A stretch of DNA of 64,000 nt. It comes from the human T2T-CHM13v2.0 reference genome, Homo sapiens. How positions within the stretch are numbered: the first letter of the stretch is position 1; each line of letters starts with the position of its first letter. The stretch is taken from the NCBI RefSeq assembly GCF_009914755.1, contig NC_060940.1; one strand, given 5' to 3'. Shown here one piece after another: positions 14,934-27,235 of the stretch. The notes under the pieces are model-generated. The model worked only from the letters and a program-made list of their open reading frames with translations. It did not search any database and had not been told where the DNA came from. Position numbers and translations under genes: made by a program.

Positions 14934-15149
14934 TGTCTTCCTCTTATAAATGAAAAGTTAGTATCATGTAACACAAATAAAAGGTAACCATGAAATAGAG
15001 AGACCCAACAGACACAGATATAAGAGAAAATAAAGAAGAAAGCAGATGCACAGAGACACACAAAGAAATCAGGGTTATCTTATTCAATTCTATGTATCTG
15101 TTATGATCTGCAAAAAGCTTTGAGCCTGAGCCCTATTCTTTCCTTATTT

Positions 15150-15480
<331 letters not shown>

Positions 15481-15857
15481 TTCTTTCCTTATTTAGAAGA
15501 GAAGGGCATGACAGTGAGAGAGAGACATCAAAGATAGAGTAGCAGCAAAACAAAACTTCCTCCTTCAGTTGATGAACAACTGGAAGGGAATCGGAAGGGA
15601 CATAACTGTCTCACTGTGTGATTTGGGCTCAAGAACGCAGGACACTTCAGAGAAGGAACAAGCATGTCTAAGGCTCACAACACTGACTCAGAATTTTTTT
15701 CCTAAGTGTCAAATGCCAACAGTTTACATTTTAGAACTAGCAAAATTCCCAGGTCCAAATTTCCTCATCAACATGTCTTGGAGCCTTGAGTCTCATTGTG
15801 GTACATGAGGGCAGCCTCAGATGCCCCAGATGGACTCTAGGACAGAACAGGCTTCAT

Positions 15858-16061
15858 CTCTTCCAGCCGACTCCACACATCCAGCACATCATGGGCAAAG
15901 TTGAAGTATTCAGGCACCGGCTGCCTTCCCAGGCTGATGGCTTCCCAGGTGGCCACGATCTTCTGAGGAACAGGTAGAGGTGCTGGCTGCCCACAAGACC
16001 CACAGAATGCCCTGGAGTTCCTCAGTGCCTGGAGGACTAGGTGTCTCAGCCATGGTCTCAT
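15858..16061 (-). pseudogene. ACSM5P1: ACSM5P1 exon 2 coding part (mitochondrial presequence region)
   Basis: MRPWLRHLVLQALRNSRAFCGS...FAHDVLDVWSRLEE, 204 nt. Acceptor ...ggtgacag| before 16076; donor reads atgaag instead of gt. Confidence 0.9.
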
Positions 16062-17836
16062 GCGGTCGCCTCCTGTCTGTCACCAAAGAGAGGAAAGAGA
16101 GCATTGTCATAAATTCTGGGCTTTGGGGACAACACAGAGGTTAGGAGAAACCTGTGGTCAGTGCTGATGGTGACTGTGGTCCCTACTGACTTGTAGAACA
16201 AACTCTCCACATTTCTGAGCAGAAAGTCTCAGTTCTGCTGTGTGATGGTCATTTCTCTCCTCTGACCCCGAGGTCCGTCCTTTTGACCTCTCACTGACTT
16301 GTGGGTCTCTGGGTCTGAGGTCAGAACTCAGAGCCCACTTCTCCAGGCTCAATACTTCAAAGGCAATCCCTCAAAAAGCCTTTGGCCAATCCTGAACTGA
16401 CCTTGCAAAGCTGAAGACAGCTCTGGGGCAGCACCGTCCAAAAGAAATAGAATGTGAGCCACCTGTGCAATTTACAATGTTCTAGTACCATTGCCAATAG
16501 TTTGCCAATCCTCTCCCTTGGAAAGAGATATGCGACTTGTTCTTCCCATTTGGTCTTTGTCCTGAAAACAACAAAACCCAGAAAGCAGCACCTCTGCAAG
16601 ATTTCCCTGTGTATCCTTGCATTTTTGCAACTACATGGCCAATTGACAGGGAAAAGATCCAATTGATAGAGTGTCTCAAATTGTTCCAACATATAGAACA
16701 TGAATAATAATTATTTTCGAACTCCTGTTCAAAGGAAAACTCACTGACATGAGACAAGTGACTTTTGGCAATTACCATCAACATTTTGTTATAAAAATGC
16801 TCATACATACAACATTGATTTGTTAACATTTTAATGAACATGACAACACATATCTACCCATCTTTCCATTCCTCTACCCATCCCTCAGCCCATCTTATTT
16901 TACATGTATTTCCAACTGAATTGGAGGCATCAACATACTTCCTGCTGAATAGTTTGGCAAGACTAACATTAACTAGAATTCAATATTTCTTTATAAAATT
17001 TTCTTCTAAAGAAGAGTGACATAGAAGAAAATATGCAAATCTTAAGTGTGAGTTTACTAACTTTGAAAAGTACCTACACCAGCATAACCCACCTCCTTTT
17101 CAAGATCTACACTATTATGTCACCACAGAAAGTGAACTCTCCCTCTTCCTAGCCAATCCCTTTCTCATAGTAGGTTAATTTTGCTTAGTCTGGAATTTCA
17201 CATATATAGATGCATGCCATGCCATAGGTACTCTTTTGTGTCTGCCTTATTCTGCTCAACACAATGTTTCTGAAATCATTCCCATTGTTGCACAGATCTC
17301 TAATTCAATCCTTTCCATTTTGGACTCAGCATATTCTGAGTTTAACCTGTTGAATGGCTATCTCTGTTTAATTCGCCATCTTGAAACATTTAAAATTAAG
17401 ATGTTTTCAAGAATATACAGTTAAATCCAAGGAATCAATGTAGGAATGTTATCAGAAGGTGTTGGAAGTTACTCAGGTGAAATCTTTGTCTTAATTCACG
17501 TAAGAGTCTAATGGAATTAATATCAAGAATCTTAGAGAAACCCCATACTATTCATGCCATTTTTATGACCTCTACATTGGTTATGTTTAAGCACTAAAAT
17601 TTGATACTTATTTCTGAATGAAATCATCTCTTTATTGTATTTTTTTTACTTATGCTGATCTTTAAATAGCAAAAATTCATGTACTCTAAGAAAGAAGTAT
17701 GATTCAGAGGGATTCTTTCATCATATGGTACATGACAAATAGATACAATGTCATATTCAATTTAAAACATAAGTAAATATAAGTAAATAAGTAAATAAAA
17801 GTAAATAACTTTAAAGAAAAGGTAATTACCTTATAC

Positions 17837-18063
17837 CTAGCTTGTCTAACCCACAGCTGACAGGCCACATGCAGCCCAGGACAGCTTTGAATGCAACCCA
17901 AAATGAATGTGTAAACTTTCTTAAAACATTATGAGTTTTTTGTGTGTTTCTTATAGCTCATCAGCTATTGATAGTGTTAGTGTATTTTATGTGTGGCCCA
18001 AGTTGAAGAAAATTCTCCATCTTCTAATATAGCCCAAGGAAGCCAAAAGATTGGACATCCCTG
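17837..18063 (-). mobile_element. MER30 (hAT) DNA transposon
   Basis: Terminus reads cagggatgtccaatcttttggcttcc on the minus strand. Confidence 0.7.
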
Positions 18064-18301
18064 CTTTAGACCAAGAAAAAAGACACACCACATTCACAAA
18101 GCCTAAGAAGACTACCAGCCATGCGAGAAACATGGGACTGGTAATTTCCAATCTTTCTTGAAACGGTGGAATCCCCTGGTGATATCTGAGGGTGCACTTA
18201 CTTCTTGGAGGAGGTTGAGGGTTTCTAAGGATAATTCTTTGTGACTGAAATATTGTAAATGTCATTGACCCTTCTCATTATTTCAACTGCTATTATTCCA
18301 G

Positions 18302-18433
18302 GTCATCAATTTTCTGCCTGGCCATCTTCATCCTGGGCCTGACTTTTTTTGAATTCCTTGGATGCTTAACATTGTTGTTGTGTTCCTGGGAATTATTAAA
18401 TTTGCCATTTTCTTCTGGAATACTAGCTTTGGT
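18302..18433 (+). pseudogene. NPIP exon-2-like relic (inverted relative to the other NPIP-like exons)
   Basis: ttccag|VINFLPGHLHPGPDFF*IPWMLNIVVVFLGIIKFAIFFWNTSFG|atgagt versus NPIPA [43 protein letters not shown] (from memory). Confidence 0.75.
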
Positions 18434-19009
18434 ATGAGTATACTGACTTCCTGTAGAGGTATACTTGTAATCATAAATAAGAAGAAATCATTTTAAACAA
18501 TTCATGGTTCTGGACTTCATTATGAATATTGGGTTTTACCAAAAAAATCAGAAAAAAATAATTTATTAGCAGAAGAATTATAAAAATAGCTGCCATTTAC
18601 ATTATGAAAATTAAATAGGTTTGCATTTGTTTAGTAGGATGCCAACAGAGCTTTTGGTCAAAAGTATTTTTTTTTTTTTACCTTTGTTCTCTTTATCCAT
18701 GAGGGCAAAGATCATGTAAAACAATTTTGAGCATATAGTAGTTGCTTAACTAATAGGCATTGGATGAGTTATTAATTTGTGATAATAGTTCTTTCCCCTT
18801 AAATCTGATTGTTTGTTATTATGTTAATTCTGAGTCCAGAAACACAAATTTTTTAAGTGTTGATTTCTTGGATTTTTTAATGTGCTATTGCGCTTATTTT
18901 AAAGGCTAGTAAAACTGATCTTCTAAACAATTGCTATTCTCCTAGTAAATGTTCCTTCAATGGTAATGGAAGCCATGTGCAGACAAGACACCCTGCAGCC
19001 CTTCAATAA

Positions 19010-22000
19010 GAGCTGGCAGGCTGGCTGGATGAGAGGCTGGCCAAGGGGGCAGCTAGGAGGCTGGTCCAGAGGAAGTCTGAGAGGCCGGCACTCAGACCTC
19101 TCAGAGAGACTGGCTGAGAGGCTGTCTGGATTAAGAGCCAGACAAGAGGCTGCCTGAGAGGCTGTATGAGAGGCTGGCTGCCTCAGAGGTTGACTGGTTG
19201 AAAGGCTGGCTTAGAGGCAGGCTGAGAGGATGGCTGGATTAGAGGCTTGCTGAGATGCTGACTGGTAAGTTGGCTGGCTGAGAGGCTGGACAAGGGGGTG
19301 GCTGAAAGGCTTGCCAAGAGGCCGGCTGGCAATCTGGTACAGAGGCTGGCTGAGAGGCTGGTCCAGAGGATGGCGGCATGGGAGGCTGACCAAAAGGCAG
19401 GCCAGGAAGCTGGTTGGGAGGCTGTTTGAGAGACTGGCTGGGGAGGCTTGGAGAAAAGCTGGCTGAGAAGATGGCAGGCTGATAATCTCACTGACCGAGA
19501 GGCTAGCTTAGAGGCTTGCTGAGAGGGTGACTGGCTGAGAGGCTTATTGATAGGTTGGCGGGAAGGCTGGCTGGCTGAGAGGCCAGTCAAGGGGGTCTTG
19601 GAAGCTGGCCAAGAAGCCAGCTGCCTGGATGGCCAAGAGGACACCTGAGAGGCTGGCCGAGAGGCTGACTGGGAGGCTGTTTGAGAAGCTTGCTGCCTGA
19701 GAGGCTGGCTCAGAAGCTGCCTGGTTGAGAGGCTGGCTGAGAGGCTTGCTCAGACGCTGGCTGGCAGGTTGGCTGGCTGAGGGGCCACCCAAGGGTGTGG
19801 CTGGGAGGCTTGCTGAGAGACCAGGTGTCTCTCTGGTTGAGAGGCCAACTGGGAGGCTAGTCAAGAAGCCAGCTGGAAGGCTGGCTGAGAGGCTAGCCGG
19901 GAGGCTCCTTGAGAGGCTAGCAGTCTTGCTGACTGAGAAGCTGGCTGATAGGCTGGTCCAGAGGATGGCTGCATCAGAGGCTTCCAAAGAGGCAGACTGG
20001 GACGATGGCCTAGAGGGCTGTATGGGAGGCTGTGTGACAGGCTGGCTGGCTGAATGGGCTAGCGACTGGCTGAGAGAATGGCTGGCTGAGAATCTGCCTG
20101 GCTGAGAGAGGCTGGCTGCCTGAGAGGCTTGTTCAGAGGATGCCTGGTGGAGAGGCTGGCTTAGAGATTGACTGAGAGGCTGGCCGAGAGGCTGGCTGGG
20201 AGGCTGTTTGAGAGGCTGGGTGAGAAGATGACTGTTTCAAAGGCTGTCTGACTGACTGGCTGAGCTAATTAGAGGCTTACTGAGAGGCTGGATGGCTGAG
20301 AGGCTGGCTAGGAGGTTGTTTGAGACGCTGGGTGAGAAAATGACTGTTTCAAAGGCCATCTGACTGACTGGCTGAGTTAGAGTCTTACTGAGAGGCTGGC
20401 TGGCTGAGAGGCTTGCTGAGAGGCAGGATGGCAGACAGCCTGGCTGAGAGCTGGCTGCCTAAAAGGTCGGCTGAGAGGCTGCCTGAGAAGCTTGCTTGCT
20501 GAGAGGCCAGCTGGCAGGTTGGCTGGCTGAGAGGCTGGCAAAAAGGGCAGCTGTGAGTCTGGCCAAGAGGCTGGCAGTCTGGCTGGCAGTCTGGCTGGCT
20601 GAGAGGTTGACTGGAGGGCTAAATGAAAGACTGGCTGCATGGCCAAATGGCTGGCTGGGAGGCAGGCAGAGTGGCAAGTTGAGTGAATGGCTTGCTGAGA
20701 GCCTGGCTGTGAGGTTGCCAGGCTGAGAGGCTTGCTGAGAGTATGGCTGGCTTAGTACCTGGGAGAAAGTCTGGATGGGAGGGTGGCTGGCTGGGGAACT
20801 GGCCAAGGGGCCACCTGGGAGGCTGGCCAATGAGAGGCCAGCTGGGAGGGTAGCAGAGAGGCTGGATGAAGGGTGGCTGCCTGAGAGGCTTGCTCGCTGA
20901 GAGTCTGGCTGACTAGCTGTATTAAAGGTTGGCTGTGTGGTTTGCTGGGGGCCTGGTAGAGGGGCTGGTTGTGAGGCTGCATGACAGGCCTTCTGGCTGA
21001 TAGGCTGGCAGGCTGGCAGTCTGGCCAAGAGACTTGCTGGGTGGCTTGCCGAGTGGATGGCTAAGAGGCTGGTTGAGAGGCTGGCTGGGGAGGCCAGCAG
21101 AGAGGTGGCTGGTTGGCTGGCTGAGAATCTGCCTGGCTGACAGGCTGGGTTAGAATCTTGTTGAGAGGCTGGCTGGCTGAGAGGCTTGCTGAGAGGTTGG
21201 CTGGTTGGTTGGCTGGCTGAGAGATCGGCCAATGCCGGGCTGGGATGCTGGCCAAAGGACGCCTGGGAGGTTGGCCGACAGTCCAGCTGGGAGGCTTGCT
21301 GAGAGGCTGGTTGGAAAGTTGGCTAAGAGGCTGCCTGGAAGCCTGGGTGAGAGGACAGATGGGGGGCTGGCTCTGAATCTGCATGGCTGAGAGACTGGCT
21401 TAGAAGATTTATGAAAAGCTGGCTTAGAGGCTGTTTGAGAGGCTGGCTGTCTGAGAGGCTGACTCTGAGACCTCCTTGCTGAGAGACTGGCTTAGTGGCT
21501 TGCTGAGGGGCTTGCTAGCTGAGAGGCTTTTTGAGGGCCTGATTAGCAGGCTAGCTGGCTGAGGCAAGTCAAGGGGGTGACTTGGAGGATGGTCGAAGGG
21601 CCATCTAGCTCACTGGTCAAGAGGCTCGCTGGGAGGCTGGTTGAGAGGCTGGCTCCCTTGATGGTTGGGAGGCTGGCTGATAGGCTGGTCCAGAGGATGG
21701 CTGCATGGGAGACTGGAGAAAAGGCAGGCTGGGGGGCTGGATATCAGGCTGTTTAGAGGCTGTTTTAGAGGCTGTCTGGGGAGTCTGGCCAAGTGCAGGC
21801 TGTGTAGCTAGCTGAGAGGGTGGAGGTGAGAATGGCTGACTGAGAATCTGCATGGTTGAGAGGCTGGGTTAGAGGCTTGCTGAGATGCTGGCTGGCTGAG
21901 AGGCTTGTTGGGAGGTTGAGAGGTTGGCTGCCTGAGAGGCTAGCTCAGAGACCACGTTGTTGAGAGGCTGGCTTAGTGGCTTGCTGAGAGGCTGGCTTGC

Positions 22001-24175
22001 TGAGAGACTTGCCAAGAGGCTGGGAAGCAGGCTAGCTGGCTGAGACGCTGGTCAATGGGGCGTCTTGGAGGCTGGCCGAGAGGATGTCTGAGAGGATGGC
22101 TGGCTGTGTTTCTGCCTGGCTGAGAGGCTGGCTTAGAGGTTTGCTGAGAGGTTGGCTGGCTGAGAGGCTTTCCGAGAGCCTGGTGGTATGTTACAGAGGA
22201 TGGCTGCTTGACAGGCTGGCTCATAGGCTGCCTGGTGGAGAGGCTCACTTAAAGGCCAGCTGAGAGGCAGGTTGAGAGGTTTACTTGCTTAGAAGCTGGC
22301 TGGCAGGCTGGCTGGCTGGCTGAGAGTTTGCTTGGTTGGCTATCTTAAAGGCTGGCCAAGTAGCTTGTTGTGAGGCTGGATGGCAGGCTTTCCGGCTGAG
22401 AGGCGGTCTGTCTGACTGAGTGTCTGACTTAGTGTCTGGCTGAGAGGCTGCCTGGTTGAGAGGCTGGCTTAGAGGCTTGCTGTGAGGCTGGCTGGCTGAG
22501 GCTTGCTGTGCGGATGGCTGGCTGAGGCTTGCTGAGATGCCGACTGGCCGGTTGGCTGGCAGAGATGCCAGCCAATGGTGCAGCTGGGAGGCTTGCTGAG
22601 AGGCTGGCTGGCTCGCTGGTATAGAGGCCACTTAGGAAGCCAGTCAAGAGGCCAGCTGGGAGACGGACTCAGAGGCTGGCTGTCCTGCTGGCTGAGAGAG
22701 TGGCTCATAGCCTGGTCCAGAGGATAGCTGCAAGGGAGGCTGGGGAAAAGGCAGGCTGGGAGTCTGGCCTAGAGGCTGTCTGGGAGGCTGTTTAACAGGC
22801 TGGCTGGGGAAACCAGCTGAGAGGCTGGTTGACTGGTTGGCTGAGAAGCAGGCTGAGAAAATGCCAGGCTGAGAATCTGCCTGACTGAGAGGCTGGCTGA
22901 GATGTTTGCTGAGACAATGGCTGGCTAACTGTCTTGCTGAGAGGCTGGCCATGAAGCTGTTTGAGAGGCTGGCTGAGGAGGCTGAGCAAGAAGCCGGCAG
23001 GCAGGCTGACTGAGAGGCTGGCTGTCTGGCTGTTTGAGAGACTGGCTGTCTGGCTGTTTGAGAGACTGGCTGTCTGGCTGTTTGAGAGACTGGTTGAGCG
23101 GAAGTCTGGCTGAGAATCTACCTGGCTGAGAAGCCAGTTTAGAGGCCTGTTGAGAGGACGGCTGACTGAGAGACTTCTAAGAGTCTGTTTGAGAGGGTGG
23201 CTGCTTGAGAGGATGGCTGAGAGGCTGCCTGGCTGAGAGGCTGTCTTAGAGGCTTGCTGAGAGGTTGGCTATCAGGCTGACTGACTGAGAGGCTGGCAAA
23301 GGTGGTGCATATAGGCTGGCCAAGAGGACACCTGGGAGGCTGGGCAAGAGGTTAAATGCATGAGAGCCTGGATGAGAGACTGACTGGGAGGCTGTTTGAC
23401 AAGCTGGCTGCCTAAAAGCCTGGCTCAAAAGCTGCCTGGTTGAGAGGCTGGCTTAGAGGCTTGCTGAGAAGCTGGCTGTATTAAAGGCTTGCCTAGAGCA
23501 TGGTTGTCAGGCTGGCTGGCTGTCAGGCTGAGCAAGGGTTTATCTGGAAGGCTGGTCAAGATGCAGTCTGGGTGGCTGCCTGGCTGAGAGGCTGGTTGCC
23601 TGGGAAGCTGGCTGAGAGGCTGCCTGCCTGCAAGTCTGGCTTAGAGGGTTACTGAGAGGCTGGCTGGATTAGAGGCTTGCCTGGAGGCCAGCTAGTAGGT
23701 GGGCTGGCTGAGAGGCTAGCTGCTTGAAAGGGCAGTTGAGAGGCTGGCTGAGAGGCTGGCTGGGAGGCTGTTTGAGAGGCTGGCTGCCTGAGAGACTGGC
23801 TCAGAGGCTGCCTGGTTGAGAGGCTGGCTTAGAGACTTCCTGAGAGCCTGGCTGGTTGAGAAGCTTGCTAAGAGACTGGCTGGCAGGTTGGCTGGCTGAG
23901 AGATCTGCCAAGGGGGTGGCTTGGAATCTTGCCCAGAGGTGGGCTGGCTCCCTGGTTTAGAGGTTACCTCGAAGGCTCACCAACAGACTGCCTGGGAGGC
24001 TGGCAGAGAGACCCACAGGCTAGCTGTCTTAAAGGCCAGCTGGGAGGCTGGCCGAATGGCTGGGTGAGAGTCTGACCTAGAAGAGGGCTGGGAGGCTGGG
24101 CTGGCTGAGCTGCTGGCTGGCCAAGAGGCTGGATTAGAGGCTGAGTGGCTGGCTGGCTCAGACACCTCAGAGCCC
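19010..24175. repeat. 5.2-kb degenerate tandem repeat built from GGCT and 12-mers such as GGCTGAGAGGCT and GCTTGCTGAGAG
   Basis: Seen directly. G-rich plus strand; minus-strand frames encode S/Q/P/L/A-rich repeats (SQPLSQPASQPLSKPL). Confidence 0.95.
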
Positions 24176-25498
24176 TGGTCCATGGGTTTTCTTAACTATC
24201 AACCGCCTCTGGACAGGTAGGGCTCTAAGAAGCTACAAATGAGCTCTAAATCAGGGGTTCCCAGTACACATCAGAAAAAAGATCACTCATCCTGTAAACA
24301 GAGACTAAAATTTAAAATAGAAACAGCCATGGATTGGAAGAATATCAATAAACCCTGAAAAGAAACAGCACTGCTCCTTTTCTTCAAATCGTGTGGACAT
24401 TTAAAGTTCTGTACATTTATAGCTACTTTAACTTTCATATCTGTCCAGGTACTATCAAAATGTAAGAACAGAAATGGACATAAACTGACTAGAAGTACTG
24501 AGAAAAGGTAAGAGTGTCAGAAATTAACTGAAAAGTTTTAGGGTTACACCTAGAATGTTAGAAGAGTAAGATTACATGGAAATTTAATTTCCTAATGGAG
24601 TTATATTATATAGTCCACAATAAACAATTAAACAAAAAAATGAAGCTCCAAAAAATGTAAATAAATGCTTCTTTTCTTAAACCAGACCTCATGGTGCAAT
24701 ATTGATCTATGAAGACATAGCCAGAAAACGTCTGCTCTCATCAGCACATATAGCTCCCATTCTAAAATGTTATTGGTATTACTTTTCTCAAATGAAGGAA
24801 AAATAAAGCCTAGATGCTGACCGAAGGTGGAAGGGGAGCTGGTCCCTTTGCTTTCTAGGCTCCTCTTCTCAGTTAAAAGTAACCAAGATGTCAGAGTGGG
24901 GCAACGTCCACAGTCAGTGGATGATCCTGAGCTCTGCCATTCTCAGGGGACCATCGAAAAGACATTCAGCTAGGGCATCTGAGAAAAATAGGGTCCTGCC
25001 ACCAAGAGAGACACATGTTCTCTGTAGTAAGTGCTTAGAATTGCTTCCAGGAAATATAATTGTTACCCCACCTGAGCTCTCAACCCCAAAAGGAGAAGCA
25101 GGGTGTGTGGATTGTGCAGCAGAAGTGACTACCTTCACAGTGAGCTCCTACCTCTCCAGAAAGTGCTCTCTAGGCCCAGTTGTCCCTGGGCTGGCTCCTG
25201 ACTCTTGTGTATCTCCATGACTCTCTGCTTTTCCATCATTTCCCATCTGGAAGACAGAGAAAGAATTCACTTGAAGAAGAATTAAAACACCAAGTTCTTT
25301 ACTAGACACTCAAAGCTTCATCTGAAAACAAAAACATCCTTAAAAATGTCTATCACAATTACCTACCTGTGCTGCTTGTAGGCAGCCTTCCTCTCTGCCA
25401 TCTCCCTCTACAAGGCTTTTGCACAGAGCTGTGGGGAGAAAAATACATCCACGTGCTGACCTGGCAGACTATGCCCAAAAGCAAGGGGGAAAAACTGT

Positions 25499-25534
25499 CC
25501 AGTTGTCAAGGGCCTTTCTTATAGAAGGGACAAT
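25499..25534 (-). pseudogene. NPIP exon-7-like (36 nt)
   Basis: ttttcag|IVPSIRKALDNW versus IPPSARKALCNW; donor lost. Confidence 0.8.
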
Positions 25535-25644
25535 CTGAAAAAAACCAACACATGAGAAATTCTATGTTGAGAGAGTCTAACGGCCATGGCATCATCCACA
25601 TCAGCACCGAAGGAGCCTACAACTGTGGGGAGGAAGCTCCTTAC

Positions 25645-25705
25645 CTTGCGTCTGTAGTAGCTTTCTACTCACCCCCAAAGCTCTTGGGTGTCTTGAATTA
25701 TTTTC
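25645..25705 (-). pseudogene. NPIP exon-6-like
   Basis: KIIQDTQELWG*VESYYRRK|gtaagg versus KMFQRAQELRRRAEDYHKCK; acceptor reads tg. Confidence 0.75.
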
Positions 25706-26362
25706 CAATGGTTTAGAATCACTTTCATCAAATAAGCACCATTTCAGTATGATTTTAAATAATCTGCCATGTTTCTGTTATCCTCACAACTGCACCCTTA
25801 CACTATCTATACACAGAAGATGTATTTCACATGGTTTTCAAAGTACAGTATGATCAAAACTGTTGCTATAATGATTCTTCCTCTTTTACTTAATGCCTGC
25901 TGGGTTCTGAGTTCACATTGTCCTTACCCATTCTCATTCATCCTTCATTGGGCATCTTTGATTATAAAGCTCTAGTCTCCTTGTATTAATATCCTTGCCA
26001 TATTTCACAGAGTAGAAACGGCTGGGCACAGTCCATTTGAAAAAATGTGGTTGATCCTACAACACGCTTTTCTAAGAATGACGGCAACGGATACCACCCC
26101 TACAATGGCAGAAATGAACTGAGTTTCTACACAGTCTGACCCCATTGGGGTCAGATGTTTTGCTACTTCACATGTCTTGGTCACTGATAAATCTTAAGGT
26201 ATTTTGTTTTCTCTTGTGTGAATTCTCTCTTTCTCTAAATATGTCTTCTGACCATTTGTTTGTATTTCTGTGTTAACTGGGTCTAAACATTGTACAAAAG
26301 TTAAAAACAAAATACTCCAGTGGAAGTTTCCCATGTGGCTGGTGTTCAGTTTCTGAACTCAC

Positions 26363-26464
26363 TTGTAGGTGTGAATTTTTTCCATAACCCATTTCCCTTT
26401 TTCCTCCACCTCTGACAGCTGCCTCTCTTTTTCTGCTCACTCACATTCTTTCATTCTCAGCTTC
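26363..26464 (-). pseudogene. NPIP exon-5-like
   Basis: ctcag|(R)KLRMKECE*AEKERQLSEVEEKGKWVMEKIHTY|gtgagt versus [34 protein letters not shown]. Confidence 0.85.
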
Positions 26465-26688
26465 CTGAGATGAAAACGGAGAGAAATGCACACACATGAT
26501 CCACTTGCCCATGTGGGATTCTTTCTGCCATTCTGGCATCTGAAGGCCATGATTCAAAGGTCCCCCACTGCCTTCCCATACATGAAACAACTGATATTCA
26601 ACACTGGGGAGGAAGAATTGACACCTCCCATTGACAGACAGAAAGAATTTAAAAAAAAAAACAACACTCTGGCCTGTTAGCAAGTCAC

Positions 26689-26758
26689 CTGTAATTTCCA
26701 GCTCGTCTTTGTGTCTCCATAGTCCTATTCTTAAGTAAATAAGGACCATTAGAAGCTT
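26689..26758 (-). pseudogene. NPIP exon-4-like (short, divergent)
   Basis: catag|(E)ASNGPYLLKNRTMETQRRAGNY|gtgact, 70 nt, phase 1-2; weak match to LRRHVETKVRAK. Confidence 0.55.
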
Positions 26759-27135
26759 CTATGAGATGTGCTATGTGTACTTCTGGGGTCAGTCTTGTGC
26801 TTGACACACTGAAAGCTCATTTTAGTTCACTGTGGAAAATCAGATCTCACCAACTCATCACAACTAACTCCATCAAGATGGAGCAGGGGATCACTCTTCA
26901 TCTGACTCCTCCCATAGGAAGACCTGATTCTCATTTACAGGCTGATGCCAGAACCCAGACAATTAGCCTTTGAGAGATCCTTCCAGGACATGATGTCCTT
27001 AACCCTGCAGTTCACTACAGCATGTTTCCATGACTCAGGACTGGAACTCTTGTCATTGACCTGAAGGCAAGAAACTGTTCTCCTTTCCAGGGCAAACTCA
27101 TTTCCATACTATGGGGACTCCAACAGACAGCATAA

Positions 27136-27235
27136 CTTCCTGGCTCTGCTTGTTGGACCTCCAAGCTCTCTGCTGCAGATCTGTGGATCCATCATTTACA
27201 TTTCATGACTTTGAGACAGACTTGGGAAAAGACAT
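27136..27235 (-). pseudogene. NPIP exon-3-like
   Basis: ttcctag|[32 protein letters not shown], 100 nt, versus [33 protein letters not shown]; donor reads tt. Confidence 0.85.

Noticed and set aside
19010-24175. Array as an immunoglobulin switch region, CRISPR array or intact protein-coding gene
   Set aside because: GAGCT/GGGGT switch pentamers are not the dominant unit, there is no repeat-spacer architecture, and no single ORF spans it.
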